This document shows, piece by piece, positions 58,407-64,000 of a stretch of 64,000 nucleotides of DNA; position 1 is the first letter of the stretch; every line of letters begins with the position of its first letter. This stretch comes from Protoeuglena noctilucae (lineage: Eukaryota): contig OY253684.1 in NCBI GenBank assembly GCA_958009085.1, positions 806,001 to 870,000 on the forward strand, read 5' to 3'. A model generated the notes under the pieces. The model was not told the DNA's origin. It searched no databases and saw only the letters and a program-made list of their open reading frames with translations. The translations under genes were made by a program, and so were the position numbers.

Positions 58407-58984
58407 GGGGATGGGTGGGTGGGTGTGACGTAGACGGGGAGAGTGGGTGGTATATGACGATGGGGGGCGGAGGGTGGGAGTGGGGGGTTGCTGGCGATGA
58501 GGGGGTGTCGCGAGATGGGGAGAGGGGTGGGCGGGGGTGGCAGCGGGTGGCGGTGGTGGGGACGTGTGTGAGGGTGCGCAAGTGTCGCCGACGATCAGCA
58601 TGCTGGAGGAAGCTGTATAATTTGATCAAGCGTGTGTGGGGCGTGTCTCGTGGCGCGAGTGTGAGGGCTGATTCAAAGTGCACCCCGGCTTGCACCCATC
58701 ATAGCACAGCGAAAATGCACGGGCACGGGGGCTGGATGCGCGCGCGTGTATGGGATGGAGGCTGACTGGCGGGAAAAGCGGAGACGATGCGCGAAAGAGA
58801 CGGAATAGAGCAAAATTGCACGGCACTGCATTGTGATGAATGACGCATCCAATGGCCAGACGACACTCCTGGGTGATGGCGATGGTGATGGTGGCAGCCC
58901 CACCCATCCATCGATGCTCCAACTCATCGACTCATCATGGCATCCACCGTGTCATGCCATGTCTTATCAATTCTTGACGAATGA

Positions 58985-59709
58985 TCATGGCATCCACTGG
59001 GTCATGTCTTCCCTGTAGGGGTCCTCCACCACGCAGGCGAAGAGGTGGTCGCAGACATCCACGCCCAGCGACAGGCAGTCGGGGGGAGAGCTGAGAGCGG
59101 GGGTGAAGAGGAGGGGGATGTGCATGTGTGGATGGATGTGCATGTGTGGATGGATGGAGAGACAGCAAGAGTAAGAGCCGGCGGGGGGTGAAGAGGAGAA
59201 GGGTGAAGAAGAAGAGGTGAAGAGAAGGAAGAGGAGGAAGGGGTCAACACAAGCTTGCTTGCTTGCTGGCTGGCTGGCAAGCGATCGCTCATCGCGCATC
59301 TCACTCGGCCGAGTCGCGGACGCAGTACTGCCCCGGGGGGAGGAGGGCGCTCTCGAGAACAGAACCGCGGACGCGGCAGGGGACGCCATCCGCGCTGCGA
59401 GGGTGGGAGGAAGGATGGTGGCAGTGCGGGTAAGCGTGAGAGTGAGCGGACGAGTAAGCATGCCGGCCTCGTCCCCTGCAACCGCTGCTCGGCTCACCCG
59501 TAGACGCGAAGCTGCGGATCCGTTCCCATTTGCACCTCGAACACCCCGGAGAGCCCCTGGCACTCGATCACGCCGTCGCCCAGAAAACGGCAGACCGTGA
59601 AGTTCGCGGAAGCGGCGCGCGGGAGCCTCCGGGACCCGGACGAGCGCGCAGTCCGAGAGATGCGTTGCACTCCGTGCGCGATACGCGCCGAGGACCACGC
59701 GGTCTGCAT
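58985..59709 (-). CDS. Small uncharacterised protein (about 105 aa) with transit-peptide-like N-terminus
   Basis: Two exons join in frame (..CGC GTC TAC GG|gtgag...ctctcag|C TCT CCC CCC GAC TGC..), giving MQTAWSSARI..FTVCRFLGDGVIECQGLSGVFEV..YGSPPDCLSLGVDVCDHLFACVVEDPYREDMTQWMP*. Confidence 0.55.
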
Positions 59710-60491
59710 CGCGCGCTGCGATTGCGGGTGGAGAAGACGAGAAGGTGCAGTTGGAGGCCTGGCGGCCTCGCGACGACGCGGCGACCGCTCGGCGGACTCG
59801 TGTGCGATACGAACGAGAGCCAAAAAGAAGCGGAGGCCATTTTCGGAAGCTCATAGGAGCCGATACGCCATGGCCAGGTGGATGGGCGCTTTGGCCATCG
59901 TGGGCACAGCGTGGGCGCGACAGGCGCCGGCGGAGGTCGCGACGGCACGCCACTAGCGCAGGATGGGGTCAAAAAACGCCAGGCGAGGGCAACATTGCTG
60001 ACGGACGCGCGAATCCCCAGGGTCAGCGGGAGATTTCGTCACGGACGAGGTTGGCCAGGTGATCCATTCCGACACGGGATAACGGCTTTGGCGAAGCACC
60101 ACGCGCGCACAGTCCATGTCCTATGTCACGTTGTTGTCCATTGCTTACGCATAGAGAGGATGCCGCGCTCGCAGCGCCCACCTGAGGTCGGTGCACCGAA
60201 GCGGCGTGAGAAGGAAATGCGATAAGCCCGCGAAGCAACCTGGGCGGACGATGCGTGCAACTCTTTTGATGGCACGTAAACGGGTAGCGCGCAAAGCACG
60301 TCGTCCCGCCGAGGATGGCTCTGCCAGGCTGGCGTCAGACGCAAGCCGTGCACTTTTCAACGTTCGGCGCCCAATGGCATCCGCCATTCACCTGCGGCGA
60401 GGAAGACATTACGAAGCTACGGAACCGACTGCCAGCTGGAGGCTTTTGCTGCACCCCTGCGTCACACGCGACTTTGTTGCGAGCAAGCACC

Positions 60492-62435
60492 ATGGCTGCG
60501 CCTCTGGTGGCAGCACCGCGGCCGCTTTGCAGTGCACTCTGTCGTCGAAATGTCCGCACGCGGGGAATGGGCGGGATGCCTCCGGGTGAGGCCAGCGGAG
60601 TCGATAAGCGTGCATGCCCAGCGACCCTGCTCTCCCCGCGCTGGTGGTTGTTTCCGATGAATCTCGCCGCGACTGCCGCGCGCAGGGTTCCCCGGCATGG
60701 GAGGGATGGGCGGGATGGGCGGCATGGGCGGCGCGGTGCCTGACGTCGCATGGTGACGGCAGGGGCGCTCTCCGCCGCGCTTGCCGCGACTTGCGCTTCG
60801 TCGGTTGGCTCAGATGCTTTATACGTGATATGTGCGCTACATGACATGAGATTCGCTGCGGGGGCGCCCGCAGGGACCCCGAGGGCCTGCTGCAGCGACG
60901 CGAGGCGAACCTCATCGACCGCAACCTGATGAAGCGGAGGATGCAGCAGGTGCGCGGCGCGTCGACTGCAATCATTCAACATCTCTACGTCGCGAGCCTC
61001 CGCTCGCTTTCCGGCGCCCGCCTCGCGCGCGGCCGCCCCGTCACGCCCACACCAGAAGATTGGCGCGCGCGCCCGCGCCATCCCCCGCCCCGCCTCCCCC
61101 GCAGGACGCCCAGTACCGCACGGAAGTGGAGGCGCAGGCGGTCAAGCAGTACCGCGCGGTGACGCAGCGTCGCCAGTCTCGGGTGCCTCCCGAAGGCGAC
61201 TCGTTCCAACTCATCGACTATCTGCTCCAAACGCACCCGGAGGACATGGAGTGGGAGGTGGCGAGGTGCAGGCCGTCCCTGGGTGACTCCTTCTTCGCGG
61301 CACTGGAGCGCGAGATTGGAACGTGCAAGGTGCGGGACGCGCACGCGCAGACGGGGCCCGTCTGCTGCAGAGAGTGGGTGGTACGTAGCACCCTGCCTAT
61401 GCGCACCCGCCCCAATCCGGTCTGTCTTGGCCAAGAACCACTGACTGCTGTGCAACATGCGAGCCCAGCGCTGCCTGCGAGCACGCGCAGTGACAGACAA
61501 TAACCCTTGCTCACAATCACCGTTGCGTCGTGGCTTGTGTCGCAGTTCGGGGTGCAGGCGGAGGAGCAGAAGGATCGTCTGGCGGAGTTGGAGGGCCTCA
61601 GGGATTTCCTGAAGATCGCCGTGGCTGCGTTGGACGAGCGCGTCGCGTCGCTGGCGTCCCCGGTCGACCGGATGAAGAAGCTGCTGACTGCCAAGGCGAG
61701 CGGGGGGGATGGGCAGGGTAGAGAGAGTGAGCGGACAGTGCAAAGAAAGCGAGAGGGCCATCCTCGCCACACACCACATCGCATCGCATACATCGCATCA
61801 CACCACACGCCCTCCCTGCCCCCCCTCGCAGGACAAGAAGGCGATGATTGCGCAGATGGCAGGCGACAACGAGATCGACGACGACCTGATTGCTCTGCTG
61901 GACCAGAACATCGAGGCCGCACGCAAGGCGGGGCAGGAGGAGGCGGCGGACTTCATGAAGCGCGTGAGGGACGCGGCCAATCGCTTCGTCATTGCCACGC
62001 CCAGCGCGGAGGAAATCCGGGAGAGGTTCCAGAGGGGGCTGGAGGTGAGGGGAGTGTCCGTAGAGATCCGGGAGAGGTTCCAGAGGGGGCTGGAGGTGAG
62101 GGGGCTTGGGGCTTGGGTGCTGGATTGGGCATGGCAGTCAGCAGTCGGGGCTGGAGGCGCAGGGCTGAGGGCGCTTGTGTGGGAATGCCTGCACTTGTAC
62201 TCACAACCTCGGCGGTATCGTGCCATCTCTTCGCTTACTCTCGCTTACTCTCGCTCACTCTCACTCTCTCTCGCCCTGGCGGTCGCAGGAGGCAGAGAAA
62301 GAGGACCAGGAGAGCGACAAGGGGGCGGCAGTGGGGGCAGTGGGGTCATCGGAGGGGGCCAAGGGGAGGAAGGGGCCGGTGGTGCTGGGGGCGGGGACGC
62401 CGCCCCCCGAAGAGCCCAAGAAACTCATCTTGTGA
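60492..62435 (+). CDS. Conserved uncharacterised plastid-targeted helical protein of the green lineage
   Basis: Transit peptide, DPEGLL, LIDYLLQTHPEDMEWEVARCRPSLGDSFFAALEREIG, DRLAELEGL, MKKLLTAK|DKKAMIAQMAGDNEIDDDLIALLDQNIEAARKAGQEEAADFMKRVR. Confidence 0.8.
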
Positions 62436-62932
62436 AGCCACGAGTGGCTGCGTGAACGTTTGAAAGACACAATCTGCTAAGGACACAATCTGTTGCATAT
62501 ATTCTAAAGGATGGCCCAGCCGACGCGCGCATCGACGCAGACGGCGGCGCGGCGGCCATCGCTGGCCTGGCACGCAACCAGCACAGGGCCTCCCCCGCGC
62601 GGCCCGGACACCGACCGCGGGGCTCGGGGCCGGCGCAGCGCACATCTCGCGGGTCGTCGGATGCGAGCTTGCGCCATCGATCGCGAGCACACGAGCGCAG
62701 AGAGCTGCAACCAGCTTGGTCACCGTTCAAAGCTTGCGGCCTTGCCTGCGTCTGTGCTGCGTCGTTCCGGGTCCGACGGGGCGGTGTGTAGGACGCGTGA
62801 GTGGGTCGTAAGCTGCAGAATAGGACGGGACCCGCATCGCGCCATCCGTCGCGGCAGCCGAGCTGGCTGACTGGGGCGCATGCCTGGGCAGATTTGACGG
62901 TGCGCGGGGACGTGTCCGCAGGTCCGTGCGCA

Positions 62933-64000
62933 ATGGCGGGCGGATATGTCCAGCAAACGCTGCAAGCCGAGCTTGAGGGACCGGTGGTCGGTGAGGGCGT
63001 GCAGAGGGAGGACTTTTGTTGCATGAGCACCGGTTGCCTTCGCGATACTCAGGGTGGGTCAGGTCGCTTGCGCAGGGTGGGGCGACCTGCCCGGGGAGCT
63101 GCATCGCGAGATCCTGCGGCTGGTGCCGCTGAGCGACGCGACGGTGGCGCGGCAGGTGTCGCTGGAGATGCGCGACGAGGTGGACGAGGTGTGGAGGGCG
63201 TGGAGCATCCGGGCCACGGCGGAGGACAAGCGGATAAAGATTCGCAAGCATGTCACATTTCAGGTCCAAGAGGGTGCCCTTCACCACACCCCGCTGGTTG
63301 TGCACGCGCATGGCGGGTCGCATGCGCACCACCTGGCAAGCCTGGGGCTGTGGTGGCTGGCGGTGTTGGCGGCGGAGGCGCCGGACATCAATGGCTTCTC
63401 TTGGGCCGTGGATACGGACGGGGACATCAAGTAGTCGCCGCTGATGGTGGCAGTGCGGGCACTGCGGCCGGTGGGGCGCCGGGTGGGTGGCGGGGTGGAG
63501 TGGGCGCACGCGCTGGGGGATGGGGAGGTGGCGCAGATGGTGCGGGTGGTGGTGGGGATGGGCGCGGACGTCAATGGGCGGCTTGAGGAAGCCTTGCCGC
63601 TGATGACGTACTGCGCGGCGCGGGGTTGCGTGGAGGCGGTGAAGGCGTGCCTGGCAGCGGGGGCGGAGGTGGACGCGCCTGGAGACGACTATGGTAACTG
63701 GATGACGGCGCTGGTGCATGCCGGACGCGGGGGTCACGAGGCGGTGGTGGAGGTGCTGCTGGAGGCGGGGGCGTCGCCCACGGTTGGGGAAGGTGACGAG
63801 GATCACACCTTGGCGACGGTGTGCGAGGTTCATCCGACGCCGGGCATTGTGAGGCGGCTGGTGGAGGCGGGGGCGGACGTCAACGCTTGGGATGAAGATG
63901 GCTATCCGTCGATAGTCTATGCTTCGGAGCGTGGTGACCTGGCCTTGATGAAGGTCCTGGTGGAGCTGGGGGCCGACGTGAGGGCCACCACTGAGAATGA
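62933..64000 (+). pseudogene. F-box-like + ankyrin repeat gene with an in-frame TAG at 63432-63434; runs off the window
   Basis: WGDLPGELHREILRLVPLSDATVARQVSLEMR (F-box-like). The same frame continues after DGDIK* as SPLMVAV..GADVNG..CAARGCVEAVKACLAAGAEVD..GGHEAVVEVLLEAGA..LVEAGADVNAWDEDG..ASERGDLALMKVLVELGADV. Confidence 0.7.

Overview
Eukaryotic nuclear DNA from a very GC-rich, intron-rich, gene-dense green alga (plastid transit peptides, nuclear rps16, plant-type SufS, FLOE/DUF1421 and UBL-LRR genes). The species cannot be fixed from sequence alone. I spliced 17 protein-coding loci by hand: a DDT/WHIM chromatin protein, an ODF3/SHIPPO-repeat protein, SppA, a Tudor-SAM protein, organellar MetRS, a FLOE-like protein, rps16, a J-like/TPR protein, SufS, an alpha/beta hydrolase, a UBL-LRR protein, RME-8/DNAJC13, a SirB1-like protein, cytosolic SerRS, two uncharacterised proteins, and an F-box/ankyrin gene with an in-frame TAG. 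Most entries in the six-frame ORF track are artefacts of high GC. The most unusual signal is the intron architecture. (1) About 25 short direct-repeat 'echoes' of exon/intron junctions are copied into the adjacent intron, and their mismatches fall mostly at synonymous positions. (2) A G/C-skew wave is locked to splice sites (G-rich around donors, C-rich around acceptors) and extends into codon and amino-acid choice. (3) This regime starts only roughly 1 kb into a gene. (4) At least 17 donors are AG|GCGAG (GC-AG introns). Gene coordinates are hand-derived spans from first to last codon, including introns.
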